A stretch of 64,000 nucleotides of DNA from Promethearchaeota archaeon. GTDB lineage: Archaea; Asgardarchaeota; Lokiarchaeia; Sigyniarchaeales; SOKP01. Below, one piece after another: positions 41,636-51,601 of the stretch; positions within the stretch are counted from its first letter, which is position 1; each line of letters begins with the position of its first letter. The stretch is taken from the NCBI GenBank assembly GCA_048940925.1, contig JBHLOC010000005.1, forward strand, positions 16,978 to 80,977, read 5' to 3'. The notes under the pieces were generated by a model. The model did no database searches. It was not told the DNA's origin and worked only from the letters and a program-made list of their open reading frames with translations. Both the position numbers and the translations under genes were made by a program.

Positions 41636-43159
41636 TTAAAAGAAATCAGTAATTCTCATCTGATATCTATCATCTAGATATTTCAAAAAAGCGGAAGTAG
41701 GCTTTAAAAACCATAAAGCATTATTATCGGCGTTCTTTTCAAATTTTTTAATAGTATTATAATTAAATTTAAATTGTTTCATTAGTGTACGGAGTTTAAA
41801 CAACCATTTTACAAAATTCTTGTACAATCTCCCATTATTGCTTGCTCTTGAACTATGAGTTTTTTCATAATATTTAATATCGTTATCAGTATATTCTGTA
41901 TAATATCTGAAATTTTGCCCCATCCAAAAAAATCGTGATACTGATTCTGAAAACTTTTTAATTCTACAGCCTGTTAGCTTTAAGGTTTTAAGATTCTTTA
42001 ATTCGTTTAGACTGTCGGGAATTTCTTCTATGTTAATATTTCCTGAAAGATCTAATAGTTCTAAATTATAAAGTCCCCGTAAACCTTCAATTTTTTCTAT
42101 ATAATTATTTTTTAAGTAGAGCTTTTTCAAATTGGTAAACCTTTCAAATCCCTTTATACTTTTTATTCTATTATTACTTAAATCGATTTCTTCTATAAAC
42201 TCATAATTTGCTTCAATTCCCTTGATATCTTCAAAATTTTCTATCAGTTTATTTTTTAAGTTAACTTTTGCTTCTAAGATAATTCCAATAAGGTTTTTAT
42301 TATAAGTAATTAATTTTAAAGCTAAATTGTCGAAACTAATTTGAGCTTTATTTAAGAATTTAAGTATAGGAAAGCTTCTATTTGTTTTATATCTCTGGTA
42401 TATAATCTCAACGAATCTTTGTCTCAATTTTTCAGGTACTTTCTCTATTGCTTTCAATAATATTAAATATTTATATTTAAAACGGAATCTATTCACAAAA
42501 CGAGTTGTATATTTTTTTATTTGTTTGATGGATTCAGAATCTCCAACATCTCTTAAGTATGGAAGGATATTTCTTATATATTCATCAATACTTGGGAAAT
42601 CTATATCAATTAACATACTTTCAAATTCTTCTTCTGTCAAATAATACAAATAACCATTTTGTGTTAAGTATCTAATCACTGTAGGATGACCAGTGGCATA
42701 TCTTATTGCTATTTCTTCTTTAAACTTTCGTCTTGCAATAGGATCACCAGCATCAACAAGAGCTTTTAATAAGGGAAATGCTATATTACGGTGTAGAATC
42801 CTTGTATCATATTCATTATCAGCCCAAGCTTGAATATTTGAACAATGGCCCCAAAATTCTGTCTCAGGAGGAACTTTTCTATGATTTCTTTCCATAGATC
42901 TATCTAGTTTTACTGAAGCCTCATCTATAGATTCAATCTCATCATATTCTTCAATTTTGTCTACAGGAATATTTATTAATAAGTACATACATTGAATAAA
43001 GCGACTATTGTTTACGTATATATTAGTCCTTCCACTTTCAAGTTTTAATTTAAGATACTGGTTAATCTTAAATTCTTTTATTTGATTAAAAGGTTTATTT
43101 ATGATATAATAAGTAAGTAATGAAATAATTAACAATATAATTATCTGATTTAAATGCAT
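41636..43159 (-). CDS. LRR-containing protein with an N-terminal EFWGHCSNIQAW-motif domain; true start probably near 43081
   Basis: KEFKINQYLKLKLE..EFWGHCSNIQAW..LHRNIAFPLLK, then LSNNRIKSIKG-type LRRs. Confidence 0.85.
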   Translation of the reverse strand: MHLNQIIILLIISLLTYYIINKPFNQIKEFKINQYLKLKLESGRTNIYVNNSRFIQCMYLLINIPVDKIEEYDEIESIDEASVKLDRSMERNHRKVPPETEFWGHCSNIQAWADNEYDTRILHRNIAFPLLKALVDAGDPIARRKFKEEIAIRYATGHPTVIRYLTQNGYLYYLTEEEFESMLIDIDFPSIDEYIRNILPYLRDVGDSESIKQIKKYTTRFVNRFRFKYKYLILLKAIEKVPEKLRQRFVEIIYQRYKTNRSFPILKFLNKAQISFDNLALKLITYNKNLIGIILEAKVNLKNKLIENFEDIKGIEANYEFIEEIDLSNNRIKSIKGFERFTNLKKLYLKNNYIEKIEGLRGLYNLELLDLSGNINIEEIPDSLNELKNLKTLKLTGCRIKKFSESVSRFFWMGQNFRYYTEYTDNDIKYYEKTHSSRASNNGRLYKNFVKWLFKLRTLMKQFKFNYNTIKKFEKNADNNALWFLKPTSAFLKYLDDRYQMRITDFF

Positions 43160-43312
43160 ATTTCAGATAAAAAAAATTAGGTCTTTTGTAAATGAAATTA
43201 TATATGATTTTAGTTTATGATATTAAAACCCCAATGATTTTATATTATTAAAAAAAAATAGTTGTACTTATTTTAATTTAAAAAAAAATTATAATTTAAA
43301 CTTAGAATAAGA

Positions 43313-44437
43313 TTAAGCCCAATCAAAAAGATTTACACTTCTTCTTTCAGGGTATTCATCTCTTACTTTTAACATTTTGATTGCGTTATTAGGACAATTC
43401 ACAGCACAGGTTCCGCATCCCATACACATTTCTTCTCTGACTTTCATTCTTTCATCTGAAGAATCCGGTTCATTTGGCCAGATATGATAAATTGCTTCAT
43501 TTGGGCATTTTTCCATACATATTTCACATTTTGTACAGAGTTCCATATCAAATTCGGGAGAAAAATTGGTTTGATTAACACCCAAATAATGATATAATTT
43601 TGCTGGAAGAAGGTTTCCACAATGACAAGTGCAACAATTACAAATCCACTGTGATGTCTCCTTACTGGTATCCGCAACAGTAGCATGCACGAGACCTGCT
43701 TTTTCAGTTTCTCTAATAAACTCAATAGCTTCTTCCTTAGATAGCCTTTTTGCCCCATAAGCAATCTGCCTTTCCGCTCTTTCTCCAGTCAAAAAACAGC
43801 CCATTTCAGCAGGTGCTTGTTTACAGGGTTCACCTGTATATTCACCAATTAACCGACATTGACAAGGTACAACTGCAAATGATTCATTTTTATCAATCAT
43901 ATCTTTTACTACCTCATAAGGAAGAACTTGAGTTTCAACGTCAAAAGATTCATCAACTTTAATTAGCTTCTCCTCAGAGTCATATGGAAGCAAAGGACGC
44001 CATGTTTTTCGTATATTATTAACATTATCTAAATCTGGTCCTAAGGAAGAAACTACCCGGTTCTTAAAAATATATCGGTATATTTCAGCAGCTTTTTGAA
44101 GATTTTCTTCAGAATCCTTACGTCTTATGAAATACATTTCAAATATACCCGGTACAAGAGGTAATAGTCTATAATCTGAACCAATTCTTATAATAGTCCC
44201 ATTTCTAGCCGGTCTTCTTAATATTTTTTCTATCCCTTCTTCTGATAAACCTGTTCTTTCATGTAATTCTTTTAGTGATATTTTTGAACCAACATTATTA
44301 AATTGGGTCAAAATCTTTATCTCTTCTTCATTCCAGAAGATCTTCATCAATTTGAATATTTTTTTGTTTTTAGGAGCATTTATTCTACCAATTTGCAGTT
44401 TTTGCCTTACAATTTCATAATTATCAACTTCAGTCAT
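43313..44437 (-). CDS. 4Fe-4S dicluster protein with an N-terminal HTH-like region
   Basis: CQCR, ICNCCTCHC, CTKCEICMEKCP, CMGCGTCAVNCP. Confidence 0.92.
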   Translation of the reverse strand: MTEVDNYEIVRQKLQIGRINAPKNKKIFKLMKIFWNEEEIKILTQFNNVGSKISLKELHERTGLSEEGIEKILRRPARNGTIIRIGSDYRLLPLVPGIFEMYFIRRKDSEENLQKAAEIYRYIFKNRVVSSLGPDLDNVNNIRKTWRPLLPYDSEEKLIKVDESFDVETQVLPYEVVKDMIDKNESFAVVPCQCRLIGEYTGEPCKQAPAEMGCFLTGERAERQIAYGAKRLSKEEAIEFIRETEKAGLVHATVADTSKETSQWICNCCTCHCGNLLPAKLYHYLGVNQTNFSPEFDMELCTKCEICMEKCPNEAIYHIWPNEPDSSDERMKVREEMCMGCGTCAVNCPNNAIKMLKVRDEYPERRSVNLFDWA

Positions 44438-44641
44438 ATGATATATGATAGCAAGAATTAATTAAAACTTAATGTTTCTAAAAATCTTATTTTCATATTG
44501 ACAGAAATGTCATTGGAACTGTTTAATGCTTACTATTTACAAAAAGTTATGTTATTCTTGTTTGTTTTTAATTATCGAGATACTTTAAAAAAGATTGGAT
44601 TAGTTTTCCTGAAAAAATTGCATGTAAAAATTCTCATTAAT

Positions 44642-45754
44642 TCATTCATTGATAGATAATGAAGTAAGAATATTGACATTTACATCTAATTTAGAGCCAT
44701 TTAATATAACTTCTCGAAGCGCTTTACCTTCTTCTGTTATGAGTAATTTTTTAGATTGTGTAACTCCTTCCATCAATTTCTCTCTCTCAATATCTAAAAA
44801 TCCCATTTCTATCGCGTTCTTAATAATCAAATTTAATACTAATAATTGAAATTGTTCTTGAATTGCGTCCCAAATTAGACCCATTTCTTTTAATTGATTT
44901 GTTATTTCTTCAGCCATAATATCTAAATCATAGATCATATCATAGATACCTTCTTGAAGATTAATTATTTCATTTATTAATTTGTCTTTAATAAGTCTGA
45001 GAGTTGTTGTTCCTAATAAATCTTCCTCATGAAAAAAAAAATCATTATGTTCCCGTTTAATTAAATAAAAACCAAAATTACTATTCATCAACTTAAATTT
45101 AGCTAAATAATTAATTGCTTCTTTTGAAACATTATGTAATTCGCAAAATTGGTCTAAATTCAATTTATACCCTACAAATTTTTGAGAGCTAGATTCATCA
45201 AAGTGCCAATATTTTCGAGCAAAAGCACCCTGACCTAGTATAGAATTATAGAATATATAAAAAAGTGATAAATACAGATCTCTATCTTGTTGCAGCTCAA
45301 AAAAATTATCTCCAATTTTGGAAATAATTCTTACAATATGGATTATAAATGGGTCTTCCACACTTATAACTTTGTAAAAATCTATTAAATCCTCGAGCTT
45401 TCGTACGTTTTCTTTTAATTCATTGATAACAAATAACTCATCTTTTAGTTTTAAGGGTTCTTCTTCAAGTTTTTCTATTCCCTTATCTGTTATAATATAA
45501 CCTCTATATTGTTTATTTGTTTGCTTATCTGTAATTAAGCGTTGTTCTACATTTCCACTCTTTTGATGAAGATTTAGATATTTAGAAACTGTGGATCTAC
45601 TCAATTTTGAATATTTTATTATATTAGTAAATCTCTGCGGGCCTAGATTTCTAAGAATGAACAATATCCTCCTACTATTATCTTCAATATTACTAGATTT
45701 AGTTAGTAACTCGTTCTTTAACTTTTTCGATATATTCCAGCTTTCCATATTCAT
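44642..45754 (-). CDS. Winged-helix DNA-binding protein
   Basis: RRILFILRNLGPQRF..LSRSTVSKYL..YIITDKG. Confidence 0.8.
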   Translation of the reverse strand: MNMESWNISKKLKNELLTKSSNIEDNSRRILFILRNLGPQRFTNIIKYSKLSRSTVSKYLNLHQKSGNVEQRLITDKQTNKQYRGYIITDKGIEKLEEEPLKLKDELFVINELKENVRKLEDLIDFYKVISVEDPFIIHIVRIISKIGDNFFELQQDRDLYLSLFYIFYNSILGQGAFARKYWHFDESSSQKFVGYKLNLDQFCELHNVSKEAINYLAKFKLMNSNFGFYLIKREHNDFFFHEEDLLGTTTLRLIKDKLINEIINLQEGIYDMIYDLDIMAEEITNQLKEMGLIWDAIQEQFQLLVLNLIIKNAIEMGFLDIEREKLMEGVTQSKKLLITEEGKALREVILNGSKLDVNVNILTSLSINE

Positions 45755-45779
45755 ATAATGATAGTCTTACTATAAAAAA

Positions 45780-45815
45780 TTATACTTTTTTACTATACTA
45801 AAACTAAAAGTATAA
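45780..45815. promoter_or_regulatory. 10-bp inverted repeat between divergent genes
   Basis: TTATACTTTT-N16-AAAAGTATAA. Confidence 0.35.
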
Positions 45816-45940
45816 TGTAATACTAATAATATTAAATTTAGTATATTTTGAAACTAACTCTTAAATATCTAAAGTTTTATAACTATAAGAATAAATTTTA
45901 AAACTTGAGTATTAAAAATTAAATATTTATTCATAGTAAA

Positions 45941-46147
45941 ATGTCAATTGAAGACCCAAATTTATTAAAAAGGATAAAAAATATCGAAGATAGACTAGAT
46001 AAAATAGAAACCCGTATTTCTCGCTTGGAAAGCAGGATAAGTCGTCAACCAATATCACCATCACCTCAACCAGGCCCAATTCGTCCTCCAGGTCCACCTG
46101 GTCCCCCAGGACCTCCACCAGAACCCTTCCGTTTCACTAATGATTAA
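45941..46147 (+). CDS. Small coiled-coil plus proline-rich (PPG)n protein
   Basis: Heptads RIKNIEDRLDKIETRISRLESRI, then PPGPPGPPGPPP. Confidence 0.75.
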   Translation: MSIEDPNLLKRIKNIEDRLDKIETRISRLESRISRQPISPSPQPGPIRPPGPPGPPGPPPEPFRFTND

Positions 46148-46290
46148 GTTAGATTAATTATCGATATCAATAACAAATTAGAAGAGTAATTTAAACTGAA
46201 GTCTAATTGAAAACACCAAAGACCTTAAGTAAAAAAAAAACAACTATCATTTAATAGATAAAAAAATTTTTGAAAAAGGTTAGAATTAAC

Positions 46291-46551
46291 ATGACTCAAT
46301 ATCGATTTAGACTTACAGGGGTTCCACCTGATCAAGCTATCAAATTGATCGAACTTGATCCGAATAATTCAATAGCAGACATTAAGAAAACTGTTCAACG
46401 GGAATATAAATTAAATCCAATATTAGCAATTCAATTTATCTTTAAGGGAAAAGTTTTACCCGACCAATTGAAGTTTTCTAAAATAGGAATCCATCCAAAA
46501 AAAGACGTTATAACCGTTATGGCAACGCAAGCTGGTGGACGATTCTCTTAG
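46291..46551 (+). CDS. Ubiquitin-like protein with a C-terminal GG plus short extension
   Basis: SIADIKK..QFIFKGKVLPD..AGG-RFS*. Confidence 0.88.
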   Translation: MTQYRFRLTGVPPDQAIKLIELDPNNSIADIKKTVQREYKLNPILAIQFIFKGKVLPDQLKFSKIGIHPKKDVITVMATQAGGRFS

Positions 46552-46753
46552 AGGAAAAATAACCATCCTAGTTTTTTTCATTATTTTTTTTTAATAATAC
46601 CTAATTTTCTAATTCAATTCTTATTGAAAATATTCAAAAACATTGCATTTACACTTTATTGTAAAACGAATATTATATATATTATTGAAGAGTATAAATT
46701 TAATAATTACAATTAAAGTAATTGAAATCTTAGTTTACAAAAATGTGATAATT

Positions 46754-47293
46754 ATGGGTAAAGGTTCTGGTTTAGCTGTATTTGCTTTACTTATAGGTAT
46801 TGGTGGTTTAGGCTTTGGAATCTATACATATTTCACCTTTAACCAAACTATAGAAGCTATGCAGGGTGATATTGATAAATTTGAAGTAGGATCTTATGTT
46901 CATCGAACATATTATGATAATAGGACTGCATATTATACAGCAACAATGTCAGATTCTTGGTATGAGATTCCAGATTTATCTATTCTATTTAAAGTAGAAC
47001 CTGGAGAAAGTGTGTATTTTTTATTTACATGTAGAGCTTATCTTCATCCCGATTCAAGTACTTGGTTCATGCGATTTAGACTAATAATTGATGATGTAGC
47101 AATTGATCGATCAGCTACCACGGTAGGAGGTGCTGGGACTTTAACATATATATATTATTCAATAACGCTTCAATACACAGATATATCTATACCAGCAGGC
47201 AATCATGAAGTTAAGGTTGATACTATGAGAGAGTGTGATGATAACTCTTACATAGATCATTGTTCCTTATTAGTACAAACCTATATACCATAA
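46754..47293 (+). CDS. Membrane-anchored beta-sandwich hypothetical protein
   Basis: N-terminal TM helix GLAVFALLIGIGGLGFGIY; beta-rich C-terminus (IPAGNHEVKV). Confidence 0.75.
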   Translation: MGKGSGLAVFALLIGIGGLGFGIYTYFTFNQTIEAMQGDIDKFEVGSYVHRTYYDNRTAYYTATMSDSWYEIPDLSILFKVEPGESVYFLFTCRAYLHPDSSTWFMRFRLIIDDVAIDRSATTVGGAGTLTYIYYSITLQYTDISIPAGNHEVKVDTMRECDDNSYIDHCSLLVQTYIP

Positions 47294-47500
47294 AGCTATT
47301 TAATAATTCTCTTTTAATCTTCTTTTTTTTTATATATTTAATATTAAATCTAATATTTTATTCAATTTCCTTTGAGAATGAACTAATTAGAGATAGATCG
47401 CTATTAAAATCTTTCAATACCTTAATCATAATTTTCTAAAGGGTTTTCATTTATCCAATTTGACCTCTTTTTAAAAAAAATTTTAATTTCATAATTATAA

Positions 47501-48493
47501 ATGAATAATATGAATATAATAATTAGATGGGGAATTATAGGTTGTGGAAGAATAGCACATAAGTTTGCTGAAGGATTAAAGGTACTTCCTAATGCAATTT
47601 TGGAGGGTGTTGCTTCTAAAACAGAAGGAAAAGCTGAAAGTTTTGCAAAGATTTTTCATGGAAAAAGTATATATAATAATTATTTAGAATTAGTGAATAA
47701 TCCTTCTGTGGATGTAGTTTATATCGCAACCACTCACAATTTCCATTATGAAAATACACGACTCTGTTTAAATCATGGAAAACCCGTACTCTGTGAAAAA
47801 CCTTTTACGTTGAATGCTAAACAAGCTGAAGAATTAATCGAGACTGCCCGTAAAAATAAATTATTTTTAATGGAAGCGATGTGGACAAGGTTTTTACCGT
47901 GTATTGTAAAATTAAATGAATTGTTAGAAAAGAAAATATTAGGAGAAATTCAACATTTTAAGGCTGATTTTGGAATTCGACATAAATTTGATCCTAAAGA
48001 ACGTTCATTTAATCCTGATTTAGGAGGTGGTGCATTACTTGATCTGGGAATCTATCCTATTTCATTCGCAAGAATGATTTATAAACGATCTCCTTCAAAA
48101 ATAATGAGTACTGCATATATTGGAAAAACAAATGTAGATGAAAAATCTTGTTATTTATTTGAGTATGAAAATGGACAAACAGCTATGCTTTCTTCTTCAC
48201 ATAGATTAATTATGCCGCATGATGCTTTCATTTTTGGAACTAAAGGATATATGGAAATTCCAGACTTTTATCATCCATCAAAAATGATTTTGAAATTAGA
48301 GGGAAAACGAAAGAAAGTGATTAAAGTCCCTTTTAAATCAACAGGTTACAATTATGAAGCCAAGGAAGTGATGGAATGTCTAAATAACGGAAAATTGGAA
48401 AGCAAAGTCATGCCTTTGAATGAAACTTTAAAAATAATGAAAACCATGGATACTTTACGTTCCCAATGGCATTTTAAATATCCTGGAGAATAA
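47501..48493 (+). CDS. Gfo/Idh/MocA oxidoreductase
   Basis: WGIIGCGRIA, VLCEKP, MEAMWTRF, GGGALLDLGIY. Confidence 0.95.
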   Translation: MNNMNIIIRWGIIGCGRIAHKFAEGLKVLPNAILEGVASKTEGKAESFAKIFHGKSIYNNYLELVNNPSVDVVYIATTHNFHYENTRLCLNHGKPVLCEKPFTLNAKQAEELIETARKNKLFLMEAMWTRFLPCIVKLNELLEKKILGEIQHFKADFGIRHKFDPKERSFNPDLGGGALLDLGIYPISFARMIYKRSPSKIMSTAYIGKTNVDEKSCYLFEYENGQTAMLSSSHRLIMPHDAFIFGTKGYMEIPDFYHPSKMILKLEGKRKKVIKVPFKSTGYNYEAKEVMECLNNGKLESKVMPLNETLKIMKTMDTLRSQWHFKYPGE

Positions 48494-48577
48494 AAGACTG
48501 CTACAATTTAATTTTAAAAAAGAATTTAAAGGGAAAAAAAAAAAATTTATATTTAAAATCTTCTATTAGTTATTGCT

Positions 48578-49699
48578 TTACTCTTCTGCAGGACCCGGAA
48601 TTAAATTCTTTCCTGTGTTTGCATCAAAAATATGAATTCTTTTATCATCAAATGTTAAATTCACTTCTTTACCAATCTCTAAATCTTGTATTGATTTAGC
48701 TATTACAATTACAGGTTTCTCATTCAATGTAAGATGTATATATAATTCTCTGCCCATACCTTCGATAATCTCAACTTTTGCTTTTATTGAACTATCAGTA
48801 GTGTCTTTTGAAAATGAAATATGTTCAGGCCTAATGCCTAGTACAACATCAGTTGTTTTTGGTTTTTTTAAATTATTAAATCTATTTGGTAATTCATACA
48901 TTTTAATTCTTAGATCAATGTAATTCTTTCCATTCTTTTCTATAAGTGTACCATTTAACATATTCATTGGAGGACTCCCTATAAATCCAGCAACAAATAT
49001 ATTTTTAGGAAAATTGTAAATATTTTCTGGGATATCCACTTGTTCTACAATACCATTATTTAAAATAGCAATCCTATCACCAATTGACATTGCTTCTAAT
49101 TGATCATGTGTCACATATATAATAGTTGTACCTAACCTTTGATGTAATCTCTTTAATTCGGCTCTAGCAAAAACTCTCAATTTAGCATCAAGGTTTGAGA
49201 GAGGTTCATCCATCAGAAAAGCGTTGGGTTCTCTAACGATAGCTCGTGCTAATGCTACCCTCTGTCTTTGACCTCCACTAAGTTGTTTTGGCTTTCTATC
49301 TAATAATTGAGATATTTCAAGATTCTCAGCCACATTTTTAACTCTTTCCTCAATTTCTTGTCTGGGTTTCCTTCTAATTTCTAAAGGAAAGGCTATATTC
49401 TTAAATACAGTCATATGAGGATAAATTGCATAATCTTGAAACACCATAGCTACATTTCTATCCTGTGGCCTTTCAAATATATGATCTTCTATGCTTGTAA
49501 CTCTTTCATTCCCAAACCATATTTCACCTTCATCTGGTTTAATTAATCCTGCTATACATAAAAGAGTCGTAGTTTTTCCACATCCAGAAGGCCCTAGCAA
49601 TATAAATAGTTCTCCATCATTAATTTTTATGTTGATATCCTTGATTGCTATGGTATTATCATATATTTTTGACAAATTTTTTATTTCTACACTTGCGAT
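48578..49699 (-). CDS. Sugar ABC transporter ATP-binding subunit (MalK-like; probable ATC start)
   Basis: GPSGCGKT, LSGGQRQR, MDEPLSNLD, YVTHDQ; the N-terminus (I)ASVEIKNLSKIY extends beyond the ORF-track start. Confidence 0.95.
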   Translation of the reverse strand: MASVEIKNLSKIYDNTIAIKDINIKINDGELFILLGPSGCGKTTTLLCIAGLIKPDEGEIWFGNERVTSIEDHIFERPQDRNVAMVFQDYAIYPHMTVFKNIAFPLEIRRKPRQEIEERVKNVAENLEISQLLDRKPKQLSGGQRQRVALARAIVREPNAFLMDEPLSNLDAKLRVFARAELKRLHQRLGTTIIYVTHDQLEAMSIGDRIAILNNGIVEQVDIPENIYNFPKNIFVAGFIGSPPMNMLNGTLIEKNGKNYIDLRIKMYELPNRFNNLKKPKTTDVVLGIRPEHISFSKDTTDSSIKAKVEIIEGMGRELYIHLTLNEKPVIVIAKSIQDLEIGKEVNLTFDDKRIHIFDANTGKNLIPGPAEE

Positions 49700-49711
49700 T
49701 TTACATCACCT

Positions 49712-50536
49712 CTACCCTTTTACTGCTCCTGTCATAAATCCTTTAATAAGAAATTTACCTAATACTAAATATACTATTAAAGCAGGTAATGTATACCATA
49801 ATGTTCCTGCCATTTGACGATTCCACAAAGCTACAAATCCTCCTTGTAAATTTGCAAGAGCAACCGAGGCGGGCATAGATTCAGTTCCTCTTGCTAATAT
49901 TAACCCGAAGAGAAAATCATTCCAAATACTTGTAAATTGAAATACTGCTGCAACAATAAAAGGCAATGCAGATAACGGCAATATTATCTTTTTATATATA
50001 GTCCACGTTCCAGCACCATCAGTTTTAGCTGCTCTTATTATACTATCAGGTACACCATCGTAGAAACTCCTGAAAAGAAGTGTGCACATAGGAATACCAT
50101 ATGCCGTATGAGTGAGGATTAACCCCCATACAGTATTATATAATCCTAAAGCAACCATTGTTAAAATAAGTGGTATTAGAACGATTTGATAGGGTATAAA
50201 AATCCCTAAGATTAGTAAAATGAAAACTGTGTTTGAACCTTTGAATTGTATTTTAGTTAATACAAAACCACAGATGGAACCTAACAAACAAGATAATATA
50301 GTAGCGACAGATGTAAAAATAAAACTATTTATCAAAGGTCTTTGCATGATTTTAAAAGTTTCTGCTAAAGGCTCTAAAGTCGGAGATAAAGGAGGTTCTA
50401 CTGGAATTGTGCGAACTAAATCTTGTTCTGTTTTAAAAGCAGTCATAATACCAGCCCATAAAGGAAGCATCATTATTATCGCAATAAAAATCAACAAAAT
50501 ATAAAGAATTACTCGTCTAACTATTAATACGTTTAT
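49712..50536 (-). CDS. Sugar ABC transporter permease (probable ATA start)
   Basis: RAAKTDGA EAA-type loop, WNDFL; frame open to 50548. Confidence 0.92.
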   Translation of the reverse strand: MNVLIVRRVILYILLIFIAIIMMLPLWAGIMTAFKTEQDLVRTIPVEPPLSPTLEPLAETFKIMQRPLINSFIFTSVATILSCLLGSICGFVLTKIQFKGSNTVFILLILGIFIPYQIVLIPLILTMVALGLYNTVWGLILTHTAYGIPMCTLLFRSFYDGVPDSIIRAAKTDGAGTWTIYKKIILPLSALPFIVAAVFQFTSIWNDFLFGLILARGTESMPASVALANLQGGFVALWNRQMAGTLWYTLPALIVYLVLGKFLIKGFMTGAVKG

Positions 50537-51462
50537 TTTGCTCCCCTCCTATATGTGATATAGAGATATGGAATTACTATTATCATGACTAATGAAAATA
50601 ATACTGTGGCTATGGCAGAGCCGTACGCAGGATGATTTGCAGCAAAAGTTTCTTTATACATTGTGAGTGGTAAAATCTCGGTTGCATAGCCAGGACCTCC
50701 ATTAGTTAATATGTATATGAAATCAAAAGCTTTTAGCGCAAATACCATGAGAACTACAAAGCCAGTGAATGTAGAAGTCTTTATTTGGGGAATAATAACA
50801 CGAGTGTACAACTGAAATCCAGATGCTCCATCTACCTGCGCAGCCATAATGTGAGATTCTGGAATCGAGCGAATTCCTGCTAAAAATATTATCATGGTGT
50901 ATCCAGAAAATTGCCAAGTAAGGGCAATAATCACAGAAAATAGTGCAAGATCAGAGTCTGATGTCCATCCTGGTTTCAAAAATCCAAGTCCAATTAATTT
51001 TAATAACGTATTTATAACCCCTCTTTCTGCATTAAACATCCATCTCCATAAAAATCCAGTGACTATGAATGATAGAGCAAAAGGTAATAGATAAATCGTT
51101 CTAAAAACACCCTCTCTCCTTACTTTTTGATCTAGAAGTATGGCTAAGAACAAACCTATTAATAAACTTAAAGGTACAAAAATAGCCATTAATACAAGAT
51201 TGTTCCTTAAAGATGTTAAAAATACTTCATCAGTGAAGAGTTTAGCATACTGTTGAAAACCAACAATGTTATAGCTTTGTCTAAGGCCCTCCCAATCAGA
51301 TAACGAGACTATTAAATTCCATCCAATAGCAAAATATACAAAATATACCACAAGGAAAATGCAAAATAAGAATAAAAGCTGAATTATCAAATTCTCTTTT
51401 GAAAAGATATACTTTTTTTGATAGATAAGGCTTTTTATTCTTTCAAATTTCTTTTCTTTCAT
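50533..51462 (-). CDS. Sugar ABC transporter permease
   Basis: FLAGIRSIP..AAQVDGAS, FDFIYILTNGGPG. Confidence 0.95.
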   Translation of the reverse strand: MKEKKFERIKSLIYQKKYIFSKENLIIQLLFLFCIFLVVYFVYFAIGWNLIVSLSDWEGLRQSYNIVGFQQYAKLFTDEVFLTSLRNNLVLMAIFVPLSLLIGLFLAILLDQKVRREGVFRTIYLLPFALSFIVTGFLWRWMFNAERGVINTLLKLIGLGFLKPGWTSDSDLALFSVIIALTWQFSGYTMIIFLAGIRSIPESHIMAAQVDGASGFQLYTRVIIPQIKTSTFTGFVVLMVFALKAFDFIYILTNGGPGYATEILPLTMYKETFAANHPAYGSAIATVLFSLVMIIVIPYLYITYRRGAK

Positions 51463-51601
51463 TAAATCACCTGAAATATAACTTAATTTAAATATTATTT
51501 AAAATTATCTAAAGTTTTTCTATAAAAATAAAAAAAGGGGAAAGGATTAAATACTTATAATTTTCCCTTACTAAAGTTAAATTATAATTTTCACCTTATA
51601 T

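Noticed and set aside
49697-49703. 7-nt intron joining ATG to GCA in the MalK-like gene
   Set aside because: Too short for a BHB structure; an ATC start at normal RBS spacing is simpler.
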